Made by a program: the position numbers and the translations under genes. The notes under the pieces were generated by a model. The model ran no database searches. It was not told the origin of the DNA and was given only the letters and a program-made list of their open reading frames with translations. Positions 9,291 to 18,887 of a stretch of 47,934 nucleotides of DNA are shown piece by piece. Source of the DNA: a virus (Duplodnaviria > Heunggongvirae > Uroviricota > Caudoviricetes); the IMG/VR virus record IMGVR_UViG_2778261630_000003; one strand, written 5' to 3'. How positions within the stretch are numbered: position 1 is the first letter of the stretch; the number at the start of each line of letters is the position of its first letter.

Positions 9291-9918
9291 TGTACCGCTG
9301 AGTCTGAAATCTGTCAGTGACTCCGGTGAGTTTGAAGGGTATGGCTCCGTCTTTGGTGTAAAGGACAGCCACGATGATGTGGTGATGTCCGGGGCATTTG
9401 CTGCTTCCCTGCGGGCGTGGAGTGACAGAAAAGCGTTACCTGCGCTGCTCTGGCAGCACCGCATGGATGAACCCATCGGTGTTTACACCGAAATGAAGGA
9501 AGACGATGTCGGGCTTTACGTCAGGGGACGGTTGCTTATTGATGATGATCCCCTCGCAAAACGCGCACATGCACATATGAAGGCCGGTTCGTTAACCGGC
9601 CTTTCTATTGGGTACGTCCTGAAGGACTGGGAATACGACCGGACGAAAGAAGCCTTTCTGCTGAAAGAAATCGACCTCTGGGAAGTCAGTCTGGTGACGT
9701 TTCCGTCTAACGACGAGGCGCGGATCAGCGACGTCAAGAACGCGCTGGCCCGCGGGGAAATCCCCGAACAGAAAAAAATCGAAAGAGTCCTGCGTGATGT
9801 CGGACTCTCCCGTACCCAGGCCAAAGCATTCATGGCCGGGGGCTATGGCGCACTGTCCCTGCGCGACGCTGAGGATGTGGGCTCTGCACTGAATGCACTG
9901 AAAAATCTGAACTTCTAA
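9268..9918 (+). CDS. prohead protease (HK97 family)
   Basis: MQTKQRLDVPLSLKS...GYGSVFGVKDSHDDVV typical of HK97 prohead protease; start at ATG 9268 inferred (ORF open from 9232). Confidence 0.8.
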   Translation: MQTKQRLDVPLSLKSVSDSGEFEGYGSVFGVKDSHDDVVMSGAFAASLRAWSDRKALPALLWQHRMDEPIGVYTEMKEDDVGLYVRGRLLIDDDPLAKRAHAHMKAGSLTGLSIGYVLKDWEYDRTKEAFLLKEIDLWEVSLVTFPSNDEARISDVKNALARGEIPEQKKIERVLRDVGLSRTQAKAFMAGGYGALSLRDAEDVGSALNALKNLNF

Positions 9919-9932
9919 TCAGGAGAAATACG

Positions 9933-11138
9933 ATGGCGGTAGATATTAAAGATGTCGAACAGGTCGCGCAGGAGCTGCAGCAGAAGTTTGACGACTTCAA
10001 AGCAAAGAACGACAAGCGCGTGGATGCGATTGAGCAGGAAAAAGGCAAACTTGCCGGGCAGGTGGAAACCCTGAACGGGAAACTCAGCGAGCTGGAAAAC
10101 CTCAAAAGCGATCTTGAAAAAGAGCTGCTTGAGCTGAAACGTCCGGCAGGTGGTGCGCAAAATAAACTGGTCACCGAGCATAAAGAAGCGTTTGTGGGCT
10201 TCCTGCGTAAAGGCCGTGAAGATGGTCTGCGCGATCTGGAGCGCAAGGCATTACAGGTGGGCACCGATGAAGACGGCGGCTATGCCGTGCCGGAAGCACT
10301 GGATCGCAACATTCTCACCCTGCTGAAAGATGAAGTGGTGATGCGCCAGGAAGCCACGGTGATCACCGTTGGTGGTTCCGACTACAAAAAACTGGTGAAT
10401 CTGGGCGGCACGGCTTCCGGATGGGTTGGCGAGACTGACGCGCGCTCCCAGACTGCCACCTCCAGACTGGGGCTGATTGAACCTTTCATGGGGGAAATCT
10501 ACGGTAACCCGCAGGCCACCCAGAAAATGCTGGATGATGCCTTTTTCAACGTGGAGGCCTGGATCAACAGCGAGCTGGCAACTGAATTTGCCGAACAGGA
10601 AGAAATTGCCTTTACCACCGGCGATGGTACCAAGAAGCCGAAAGGGTTCCTGGCGTATGAATCCACGGATGAAACCGATAAGGTCCGGGCGTTCGGCAAA
10701 CTTCAGCATATTGTATCCGGCGACGCGACTGCGGTGACCGCAGACGCCATTATCAAACTGATTTACACGCTGCGAAAGGCACACCGCACCGGCGCGAAGT
10801 TCATGATGAACAACAACAGCCTGTTTGCCATCCGTTTGCTGAAAGACATCGAGGGTAACTATCTGTGGCGTCCGGGGCTGGAACTGGGGCAGCCGTCCTC
10901 TCTGGCGGGTTACGGTATCGCTGAAAACGAACAGATGCCGGATATCGCCGCTGATGCGAAAGCCATTGCATTTGGTAACTTCAAACGGGGTTACACCATC
11001 GTTGACCGTATCGGCACCCGCATTCTGCGTGACCCGTACACCAATAAACCGTTTGTCGGTTTTTATACAACCAAGCGCACCGGCGGGATGCTGGTCGATT
11101 CGCAGGCCATCAAACTGCTGAAGATTGCTGCGGCGTAA
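9933..11138 (+). CDS. major capsid protein (HK97 family) with N-terminal delta/scaffold domain
   Basis: 401 aa; N-terminal coiled-coil region then HK97-fold capsid region; follows protease. Confidence 0.85.
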   Translation: MAVDIKDVEQVAQELQQKFDDFKAKNDKRVDAIEQEKGKLAGQVETLNGKLSELENLKSDLEKELLELKRPAGGAQNKLVTEHKEAFVGFLRKGREDGLRDLERKALQVGTDEDGGYAVPEALDRNILTLLKDEVVMRQEATVITVGGSDYKKLVNLGGTASGWVGETDARSQTATSRLGLIEPFMGEIYGNPQATQKMLDDAFFNVEAWINSELATEFAEQEEIAFTTGDGTKKPKGFLAYESTDETDKVRAFGKLQHIVSGDATAVTADAIIKLIYTLRKAHRTGAKFMMNNNSLFAIRLLKDIEGNYLWRPGLELGQPSSLAGYGIAENEQMPDIAADAKAIAFGNFKRGYTIVDRIGTRILRDPYTNKPFVGFYTTKRTGGMLVDSQAIKLLKIAAA

Positions 11139-11187
11139 TCATTCAGGGGCGCGGAACCGCGCCCCCTGTTCTGACGGGTGAAGAATC

Positions 11188-11388
11188 ATGATCCTGAAAC
11201 AAGATCTGAAATGGTCACCGGACGGTATGCGTGTTGAGGTCATTCGGGCCGGTGAGTATGACGACGGGGCGCTTCCTGCCCGGGTGCAGGAGATTGCACT
11301 TCAGGCCGGGTTAGCAGAGCGCGGAACCAGTGCAAAAAGCAGTAAAGCGGCAAAAGAGAAAAAAGCCACGACCAGTAAAGAGGGCTGA
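11188..11388 (+). CDS. hypothetical small protein
   Basis: 66-aa ORF with lysine-rich tail between capsid and connector genes. Confidence 0.3.
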   Translation: MILKQDLKWSPDGMRVEVIRAGEYDDGALPARVQEIALQAGLAERGTSAKSSKAAKEKKATTSKEG

Positions 11389-11390
11389 GT

Positions 11391-11714
11391 ATGCTTCTGA
11401 CAATGGAAGAGATTAAAGCCCAACTCCGGCTGGATGAGGATTTCGATGCTGATGACCGCCATCTGCAACTGCTGGCCTGTGCGGCGCAAAAGCGGACGGA
11501 AACGTATCTGAACCGGAAGCTCTATGCACCGGATGAAACCATTCCGGACAGCGATCCGGACGGGCTGCACCTGCCGGATGATATTCGTCTGGGGATGCTG
11601 ATGCTTATCAGCCATTTTTACGAAAACCGCTCGTCGGTTACGGAAGTGGAGAAACTCGACATGCCGCAGAGTTTTGGCTGGCTTGTCGGCCCGTACAGGT
11701 ACTTTCCGCAATGA
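11391..11714 (+). CDS. head-tail connector protein (gp6-like)
   Basis: size, position and sequence character of gp6-like connector. Confidence 0.65.
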   Translation: MLLTMEEIKAQLRLDEDFDADDRHLQLLACAAQKRTETYLNRKLYAPDETIPDSDPDGLHLPDDIRLGMLMLISHFYENRSSVTEVEKLDMPQSFGWLVGPYRYFPQ

Positions 11715-12121
11715 AAATTCGTCAGGCGCAGACCAGCGCAACCTACATTCTGCCGGACCCCGGTGAACTGAATAAACGCGTCCTGATCCGCCAGCGGGTG
11801 GATATGCCCGCGGATTACTTTGGCGTGGAGTCTCAATACCCGGTTACGTTCCGGACATGGGCGAAGGTTATCCAGACCAGTGCCACCACCTGGCAGGAAA
11901 CCGCGCAGACCGGGGACGCCATCACCCATTACATCACCATTCGCTACCGCCGGGGGATCACCGCTGATTATGAGGTGGTCTGCGGTGACAGTGTGTACCG
12001 GGTGAAACGTCAGCGCGATCTGAACGGGGCGCGGCGCTTTCTGCTGCTGGAGTGTACGGAACTGGGCGAATTTACGCAGAGTCACGGAGGCAGCAATGGC
12101 GACTCCCTTTTTTCACGTTGA
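11711..12121 (+). CDS. head closure / head-tail adaptor protein
   Basis: 136 aa, overlapping-stop gene order in head completion cluster. Confidence 0.5.
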   Translation: MKIRQAQTSATYILPDPGELNKRVLIRQRVDMPADYFGVESQYPVTFRTWAKVIQTSATTWQETAQTGDAITHYITIRYRRGITADYEVVCGDSVYRVKRQRDLNGARRFLLLECTELGEFTQSHGGSNGDSLFSR

Positions 12122-12602
12122 TGTTCAGCAGCCCGCGGAGATGCGCTTTAACCGTGCCCGTGTCCGGCGGGCGTTTGTCACGATTGGGCAGCGTCATATG
12201 CGTGATGCCCGTCGGCTGGTGATGCGCCGTGCGCGGTCGGCACCGGGTGAAAACCCCGGTTATCAGACCGGACGCCTGGCTCGTTCGATTGGTTACATGG
12301 TGCCGAGAGCCAGTAAAAAGCGAGCCGGTTTTATGACACGCATTGCCCCTAACCAGCGCAACGGGAAGGGGAACCGGATGATCTCTGGTGACTTCTATCC
12401 GGCGTTTCTGTTTTTTGGTGTCCGGGGAGGAGCAAAGCGTCGTCGCAGCCATCATCGTGGTGCATCCGGTGGCAGCGGCTGGCGACTGGCTCCACGTAAT
12501 AACTTTATGGTGGAAACGCTTGAAAAGAACCGCAGCTGGACACGCTATTTTCTGGCGCGGGAATTGCGTAAATCACTGAAGCCGGAGCGACGACACAGAT
12601 GA
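12096..12602 (+). CDS. HK97 gp10-like head-tail joining protein
   Basis: 168 aa, basic, position in head completion cluster. Confidence 0.45.
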   Translation: MATPFFHVDVQQPAEMRFNRARVRRAFVTIGQRHMRDARRLVMRRARSAPGENPGYQTGRLARSIGYMVPRASKKRAGFMTRIAPNQRNGKGNRMISGDFYPAFLFFGVRGGAKRRRSHHRGASGGSGWRLAPRNNFMVETLEKNRSWTRYFLARELRKSLKPERRHR

Positions 12603-13159
12603 AACTGACGCCTGTTATTGCTGCACTGCGTGCCCGCTGTCCGTATTTTGAAAACCGGGTTGCAGGCGCGGCCCAGTTCAAAAATCTGCCGGAGGTCGGA
12701 AAGCTGAAACTCCCGGCGGCATATGTTGTACCGGGTGATGATTCTCCGGGAGAAAACAAAAGCCAGACCGACTACTGGCAGGAGCTGAAAGAGGGTTTCT
12801 CCGTGGTTGTCATACTGAGTAACGGGCGTGATGAGCGCGGTCAGTTTGCCTCGTATGATGTGGTGGACGATGTCCGGCAGATGCTCTTTAAGGCTCTGCT
12901 GGGCTGGAACCCGGAGGCGTGCGGTAACCCGATTACCTATGACGGCGGCACGCTGCTGGATCTGAATCGTCATGAGCTGATTTATCAGTTCGATTTTTCG
13001 GTCATCAGCGAGCTGACTGAAGACGATACCCGCCAGCAGGATGATCTGAACAGTCTGGATGAACTGCAAACGCTGGCGATTGATGTTGATTATCTCGAGC
13101 CCGGTAACGGGCCTGACGGCGATATCGAACATCACACCGAAATAACCCTTCCTTCCTGA
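12599..13159 (+). CDS. putative tail completion / neck protein
   Basis: 186 aa, position between head completion genes and tail sheath. Confidence 0.4.
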   Translation: MKLTPVIAALRARCPYFENRVAGAAQFKNLPEVGKLKLPAAYVVPGDDSPGENKSQTDYWQELKEGFSVVVILSNGRDERGQFASYDVVDDVRQMLFKALLGWNPEACGNPITYDGGTLLDLNRHELIYQFDFSVISELTEDDTRQQDDLNSLDELQTLAIDVDYLEPGNGPDGDIEHHTEITLPS

Positions 13160-13167
13160 GGATCCTC

Positions 13168-13338
13168 ATGTTTGTCAAACCTGTTAAAGGGCGGTCAGTT
13201 CCTGACCCTGCCCGCGGCGACCTTTTGCCCGCCGAAGGGCGAAATGTTGACGAGAACAACTACTGGCTGCGCCGTGAAGCAGCGGGTGATATCCGGCGCG
13301 TGAATAAAAAGATGAATACCGATGACGATAAGCTTTAA
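13168..13338 (+). CDS. small protein preceding the tail sheath gene
   Basis: 56-aa ORF (below the supplied ORF track cutoff) with ATG at 13168, overlapping sheath start. Confidence 0.35.
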   Translation: MFVKPVKGRSVPDPARGDLLPAEGRNVDENNYWLRREAAGDIRRVNKKMNTDDDKL

Positions 13339-14818
13339 CACCATTCCGTCGAATACGCTGGTTCCGCTGTTTTATGCGGAAATGGATAACCAGGCGGCGA
13401 ATACTGCACAGGACAGCGGGGCATCGCTGCTGATTGGTCATGCCAATAACGGTGCAGAGATTGTTGCCAACAGTCTGGTGCTGATGCCATCGGCAGACTA
13501 TGCACGCCAGATTTGTGGTGCGGGAAGTCAGCTGGCGCGTATGGTCGAGGCTTATCGCCAGACCGACCCGTTTGGTGAACTGTATGTGATTGCCGTTCCT
13601 GAATCCACGGGCGCGGCGGCAACAGTTACGCTGACGGTGACCGGCGCGGCAACCGAAACCGGCACGGTGAATGTTTATGTGGGACGTACCCGCGTGCAGG
13701 CACCGGTGACCAACGGCGATAACGTCGCGACGATTGCCAGCAGTATCAAAGATGCCATCAATGCCGTTCCGGCCCTGCCGTTTACGGCCTCATCTTCGGC
13801 TGGCGTGGTCACACTGACCGCGCGTCATAAGGGGCTTTGCGGGAATGAAATTCCTGTCAGCCTCAATTACTACGGCTTCGGTGGGGGAGAAGTGCTGCCT
13901 GCGGGCGTACAGATTGCCGTGGCGGCGGGGACCGCCGGAACGGGCGCTCCGGTTCTCACCGGCGCGGTGGCTGCAATGGCGGATGAGCCGTTTGATTATA
14001 TCGGTCTGCCGTTCAACGACACGGCCTCCCTTAACACGCTGGTGACCGAGATGAACGATACCAGCGGTCGCTGGAGCTATGCGCGTCAGCTGTATGGCCA
14101 TGTGTATACGGCAAAGATCGGCACGCTGTCAGAACTGGTGACCGCAGGTGACCAGTTTAACCAGCAGCACATTACCCTGGCGGGGTACGAAAAAGACACC
14201 CAGACGCCTGCCGATGAGCTGGCGGCAAGCCGTACCGCCCGCGCAGCGGTGTTTATCCGCAACGATCCGGCACGTCCCACGCAGACCGGTGAGCTGGTGG
14301 GTATGCTGCCTGCGCCGAAGGGGAAACGGTTCACGATGACCGAACAACAGACCCTGCTGTCTCATGGCGTGGCAACGGCGTATGTCGAAAGCGGGGTACT
14401 GCGCATTCAGCGTGATGTCACCACGTACAGGAAAAACGCTTACGGGGTTGCGGATAACAGCTACCTCGACAGCGAGACGTTGCATACCAGCGCGTATGTG
14501 CTGCGCAAACTGAAATCCGTCATTACCAGTAAGTACGGGCGTCACAAGCTTGCCAGCGACGGTACCCGCTTTGGTCCCGGTCAGGCGATTGTTACCCCGG
14601 CGGTGATCAAAGGGGAACTGCTGGCAACCTACCGTCAGCTTGAGCGTGCGGGGATCGTGGAAAACTACGAACTGTTTAAGCAGTACCTGGTTGTGGAGCG
14701 TGATGCCAGCGATCCGAACCGCCTGAACACGCTGTTCCCGCCTGACTATGTTAACCAGTTGCGTGTCTTTGCCGTGGTTAACCAGTTCCGTCTTCAGTAT
14801 TCAGAGGAGTCTGCATAA
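13322..14818 (+). CDS. tail sheath protein (Mu-type contractile tail)
   Basis: 498 aa, first gene of sheath-tube-chaperone-tape measure order. Confidence 0.65.
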   Translation: MTISFNTIPSNTLVPLFYAEMDNQAANTAQDSGASLLIGHANNGAEIVANSLVLMPSADYARQICGAGSQLARMVEAYRQTDPFGELYVIAVPESTGAAATVTLTVTGAATETGTVNVYVGRTRVQAPVTNGDNVATIASSIKDAINAVPALPFTASSSAGVVTLTARHKGLCGNEIPVSLNYYGFGGGEVLPAGVQIAVAAGTAGTGAPVLTGAVAAMADEPFDYIGLPFNDTASLNTLVTEMNDTSGRWSYARQLYGHVYTAKIGTLSELVTAGDQFNQQHITLAGYEKDTQTPADELAASRTARAAVFIRNDPARPTQTGELVGMLPAPKGKRFTMTEQQTLLSHGVATAYVESGVLRIQRDVTTYRKNAYGVADNSYLDSETLHTSAYVLRKLKSVITSKYGRHKLASDGTRFGPGQAIVTPAVIKGELLATYRQLERAGIVENYELFKQYLVVERDASDPNRLNTLFPPDYVNQLRVFAVVNQFRLQYSEESA

Positions 14819-15174
14819 TGGCCCGTATCGGGGGAACCTGTTATTTCAAAATTGACGGTCAGCAGCTATCGCTGACCGGCGGCATTGAGGTGCCCATGAA
14901 CAGGACGGTTAATGATGACATCATCGGCCTGGACGGTTCAGTGGACCGCAAGGAAACTCACCGTGCGCCTTATGTCAAAGGGACCTTCAAGGTGCCGAAG
15001 AATTTTCCGGTGGGCAAAATCACCTCGTCTGATGAGATGACCATCACTGCCGAGCTGGCGAACGGTCAGGTCTATGTACTGTCGTCTGCCTGGCTGCACG
15101 GCGAAGCGAACCATAATGCCGAAGAAGGCACGGTTGATCTTGAGTTCCACGGTGAAGAAGGGGATTACCAGTGA
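14818..15174 (+). CDS. tail tube protein
   Basis: 118 aa directly after sheath. Confidence 0.6.
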   Translation: MARIGGTCYFKIDGQQLSLTGGIEVPMNRTVNDDIIGLDGSVDRKETHRAPYVKGTFKVPKNFPVGKITSSDEMTITAELANGQVYVLSSAWLHGEANHNAEEGTVDLEFHGEEGDYQ

Positions 15175-15494
15175 TTGAGCTTGTACTTAAAAAACCGATC
15201 ATCGCCCACAAAGAAACACTGCATGTGCTGGAAATACGTGAGCCTACGTATGACGAGATTGAGGCGCTGGGGTTCCCTTTCTCTGTTTCGCCTGATGGTG
15301 GTATGAAAATGGACAGTCAGGTGGCGCTGAAATATATCCCGCTTCTGGCCGGGATCCCGCGTTCGTCTGCAGCGCAGATGACGAAGCTGGATATTTTCAA
15401 GGCAGGCATGATTGTAATGCGTTTTTTTACCGGCTTGGAGACGGAAGAGACCTCAGGAAGCGATTCTACAATGTCGCGTGGTTCTGGAAATTAA
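15171..15494 (+). CDS. tail assembly chaperone
   Basis: 107 aa immediately upstream of tape measure gene; contains candidate -1 frameshift site. Confidence 0.6.
   Translation: MIELVLKKPIIAHKETLHVLEIREPTYDEIEALGFPFSVSPDGGMKMDSQVALKYIPLLAGIPRSSAAQMTKLDIFKAGMIVMRFFTGLETEETSGSDSTMSRGSGN
15422..15428 (+). other. candidate programmed -1 ribosomal frameshift heptamer T_TTT_TTT
   Basis: X_XXY_YYZ heptamer in zero frame of chaperone gene; -1 frame then stays open for 53 codons to 15586, overlapping the tape measure start. Confidence 0.45.
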
Positions 15495-15578
15495 ACCCCC
15501 TTGAACTTCGCCGGACGGCTATTTCCCACTTTGCTGATCTGGAGGCAGAGGCCGTCCGTATAAATGAGGAGATGAAGC

Positions 15579-17486
15579 ATGGCTGATAATTTTCAGCTGA
15601 AAGCCATCATCACCGCCGTTGACAGGCTATCCGGCCCGCTTAAAGGTATGCAGCGTCAGCTTAAGGGATTTCAGAAAGAAGTCTCCAGCCTTGCTCTGGG
15701 CGCTGCCGGGGCGGGTACTGCAATAATGGGGGCACTGGTACTCCCTGTAAAATCAGCCATCACCCTTGAATCGAAGATGGCTGATGTCCGCAAAGTGGTG
15801 GACGGTCTGGATACGCCGGATGCGTTTAAGGCCATGACGGAGCAGGTACGCGCTTTGTCTACTGAGCTTCCCATGTCTGCAGACGGGATCGCGGAAATTG
15901 TGGCGGCTGGCGGTCAGGCCGGGATTGCACGTGATGAACTGATGCAGTTTGCCACTGATGCGGTGAAGATGGGCGTGGCCTTTGATACCACGGCTGAAGA
16001 GTCCGGGCAGATGATGGCCCAGTGGCGTACTGCGTTTAATATGACGCAGGATGAAGTGGCCGGGCTGGCTGACAAAATCAACTACCTTGGTAATACCGGC
16101 CCGGCGAATGCGAAGAAAATCTCCGATATTGTTACGCGTATTGGTCCTTTAGGTGGTGTTGCAGGTGTGGCTTCCGGCGAAATCGCGGCAATGGGAGCAA
16201 CCATTGCCGGGATGGGCGTGGAGTCAGAAATTGCCGCCACAGGGATCAAGAACTTCATGCTTTCCCTGACCGCGGGAAATTCCGCGACAAAATCGCAGAA
16301 ACAGGCATTGCGTTTTCTGCGGATCAATCCGAAGAAATTAGCTGCTGATATGCAGAAAGATGCCCGGGGCACCATGCTGTCTGTACTGGATGCGATGGCT
16401 AAAGTGCCTAAAGAAAAACAGGCAGCTGTGCTGAATGCCCTGTTCGGGAAAGAGTCTCTGGGCGCGATAGCACCTCTGCTGAATAACCTTGATTTGTTGC
16501 GTACCAACTTCAGGCGGGTTGCGGATTCCCAGCAGTATGGCAGTTCGATGCAGAAGGAATATGCTTCGAGGGCAGCGACGACGGAAAACCAGCTTTTACT
16601 TCTGCAAAATCAACTTGATGCCATTTCTTCCACGCTGGGGGAAACGTTTCTTCCTGAGGTTAATGATGGTCTTGAAGCGGTAAAACCGCTCCTTGAGGAA
16701 GTGAGAACGTTTGTCCGTGAAAACCCGGATCTCGTTAAGACCATTGCTAAAATCGGTCTGGCCTTACTGACGGTGGGAGCCGCTGCAGGCTCTTTGTCCA
16801 GAATTATGAAAGTTCTCGGCGGTGTGATGAATATGACGCCTGCTAAGGGGCTGATTGCTCTTCTGGTTGGTGGCGCTTACCTCATTATTGATAACTGGGA
16901 AACCGTAGGTCCTGTCATAAAAAAAGTTTGGCACGTGGTGGATGAAACGGCGCAGGCGATGGGGGGATGGGAAACTGTTCTGAAAGCGATTGCCCTGTTT
17001 ATGGCAACCAAATGGGTTGCTGACGTTACCAAATCCATTACCGCAGTGACCAGAGAGATGCGTACGCTGGGGAAGGTATCGGCAGAAACGGGATTGATGG
17101 GGAAAGGCCGAGGCTTTATCGGGAAGGCCGGGGTATATGGTTTTCTGGGAACCCTGATGTATGAGCCGGTTAAAGATACTCTGGAAAGTGTTGTTCCTGA
17201 AGATACGGTTAACTGGCTGGATAATAAAGGGCTGTTTCTGGCTTCAGACTGGACGCCTTTTTTTGATCGTAAAGAGTACGAGCAGTATCAGGCCAGCCTG
17301 AGTCAGTACAAACCCAATGTTCCGCTGTTGAATCCATCTTCTTCCATGACACAGCACAGCGAGCTGAAAGTCACGTTCGAGAATGCTCCGCCAGGTATGA
17401 AGATAATTGATGTACCGGGCAAAGCCGATCCCCTGATGAAAATCACGCACGATGTGGGGTATTCCCCTTTTCGTTTTCCACGATAA
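15579..17486 (+). CDS. tail tape measure protein
   Basis: 635 aa, Ala/Gly-rich with hydrophobic central segments; position after chaperone. Confidence 0.8.
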   Translation: MADNFQLKAIITAVDRLSGPLKGMQRQLKGFQKEVSSLALGAAGAGTAIMGALVLPVKSAITLESKMADVRKVVDGLDTPDAFKAMTEQVRALSTELPMSADGIAEIVAAGGQAGIARDELMQFATDAVKMGVAFDTTAEESGQMMAQWRTAFNMTQDEVAGLADKINYLGNTGPANAKKISDIVTRIGPLGGVAGVASGEIAAMGATIAGMGVESEIAATGIKNFMLSLTAGNSATKSQKQALRFLRINPKKLAADMQKDARGTMLSVLDAMAKVPKEKQAAVLNALFGKESLGAIAPLLNNLDLLRTNFRRVADSQQYGSSMQKEYASRAATTENQLLLLQNQLDAISSTLGETFLPEVNDGLEAVKPLLEEVRTFVRENPDLVKTIAKIGLALLTVGAAAGSLSRIMKVLGGVMNMTPAKGLIALLVGGAYLIIDNWETVGPVIKKVWHVVDETAQAMGGWETVLKAIALFMATKWVADVTKSITAVTREMRTLGKVSAETGLMGKGRGFIGKAGVYGFLGTLMYEPVKDTLESVVPEDTVNWLDNKGLFLASDWTPFFDRKEYEQYQASLSQYKPNVPLLNPSSSMTQHSELKVTFENAPPGMKIIDVPGKADPLMKITHDVGYSPFRFPR

Positions 17487-17510
17487 CGCAGTCCTTTTTG
17501 AGGTCAGTCT

Positions 17511-18887
17511 ATGGATTTATCCTCATTTCCCACCCGACCTTCATTACTTTCGTCGTCTTCAGGCTGGCGTGACAGACTTCAGGACGCGTCATTTCGCGGC
17601 GTGCCGTTTAAGGTTGAAGAAGAAAGTGCGGGAACCGGTCGTCGTGTGGAAACACACGAATATCCGAACCGCGACAAACCCTATACCGAAGATCTGGGAA
17701 AAGTTACTTTCCGCCCGTCCATCACGGCTTATGTGGTGGGAGATGACTGCTTTGACCAGCGCGATCGCCTGATTGACGCGCTGAATAAACCCGGTCCCGG
17801 CACGCTTGTCCATCCGACATACGGTGAGCTGAAAGTCTGTGTTGACGGGGAAGTTCGGGTCAGCACATCGAAGAATGAAGGGCGTATTGTCCGCTTTGAC
17901 CTGAAGTTTGTCGAAGCGGGAGAACTCTCTTACCCCACTTCAGGTGCGGCGACGGCGCAGACGCTGATGTCATCCTGTTCTGCACTGGATGACTGCATCA
18001 GTGACAGCTTCAGTGGTTTCAGTATCGATGGCGTGGCAGATTTTGTGCAGAACGACGTCGTCGGTAATGCCAGCACAATGCTTGGGTATGTTTCTGATGC
18101 GATGAAAGTGGTGGATTCTGCCGTATCGGATGCCGCCAGGCTGTTGCAGGGGGATATCTCGGTACTTCTGCCGCCGCCATCGTCAGGCAAAAATTTCGTT
18201 GAGCAGGTGCAGAAAATGTGGCGTACCGGGAAACGCCTTTATGGTAACGCCAGCGACCTGGTCACCATGATCAAAACGCTTTCCGGTGTCAGCCTCGGCA
18301 GCGATCTGCAACCGCGCGGCGTCTGGAAAACGGACAGTAAAACCACCGCCACGGCGACGCAACAGCGTAACGTGGTTGCCAGCACCCTTCGTACGACCGC
18401 AATCAGCGAAGCGGCGTATGCCGTCACCCGATTGCCTGCGCCAACAACTTCCGCGGTGATGCAGAATGCCGCAGTGGGGCAGGCAACAACACCCGCGCAG
18501 AGCACTGGCTGGCCTTCCGTCACGCATCCGGCACTGAACAATGCACCAGCGGTGAAAAGCACGGTTGACCTGCCGACGTGGGAAGAACTGACTGACATTC
18601 GCGACACACTGAATACGGCAATTGATAAGGAGTTGTCCCGAACAACCAGTGATGCGCTGTTTCTGGCGCTGCGCCGGGTGAAAGCAGATCTGAATGCGGA
18701 TATCAACACGCGCCTTGAACAGTCTGCACGGATCATTCAGCGCACGCCGGATGAGGTCTTACCCGCGCTGGTGCTGGCGGCGACCTGGTTTGATAACGCG
18801 GCGCGTGACGCGGACATTATCCGGCGTAATGCCATTACGCATCCCGGCTTTGTGCCGGTGATCCCTCTGAAGGTGCCAGTGCAATGA
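17511..18887 (+). CDS. DNA circulation protein (Mu gpN-like)
   Basis: N-terminal WRDRLQ.ASFRGVPF...GRR..HEYPNRD.PY.EDLG signature of the Mu DNA circulation family. Confidence 0.75.
   Translation: MDLSSFPTRPSLLSSSSGWRDRLQDASFRGVPFKVEEESAGTGRRVETHEYPNRDKPYTEDLGKVTFRPSITAYVVGDDCFDQRDRLIDALNKPGPGTLVHPTYGELKVCVDGEVRVSTSKNEGRIVRFDLKFVEAGELSYPTSGAATAQTLMSSCSALDDCISDSFSGFSIDGVADFVQNDVVGNASTMLGYVSDAMKVVDSAVSDAARLLQGDISVLLPPPSSGKNFVEQVQKMWRTGKRLYGNASDLVTMIKTLSGVSLGSDLQPRGVWKTDSKTTATATQQRNVVASTLRTTAISEAAYAVTRLPAPTTSAVMQNAAVGQATTPAQSTGWPSVTHPALNNAPAVKSTVDLPTWEELTDIRDTLNTAIDKELSRTTSDALFLALRRVKADLNADINTRLEQSARIIQRTPDEVLPALVLAATWFDNAARDADIIRRNAITHPGFVPVIPLKVPVQ

Noticed and set aside
9830-10264. 144-aa minus-strand ORF (Ser/Arg-rich) inside the major capsid gene
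   Set aside because: Low-complexity antisense frame of the capsid delta-domain region.
12545-13135. 196-aa minus-strand ORF
   Set aside because: Antisense to the co-directional head-tail joining genes that form an uninterrupted overlapping operon on the plus strand.
18239-18736. 165-aa and 114-aa minus-strand ORFs inside the DNA circulation gene
   Set aside because: Antisense to a gene with a clear Mu gpN-family signature; Ala/Arg-rich composition typical of a spurious frame.
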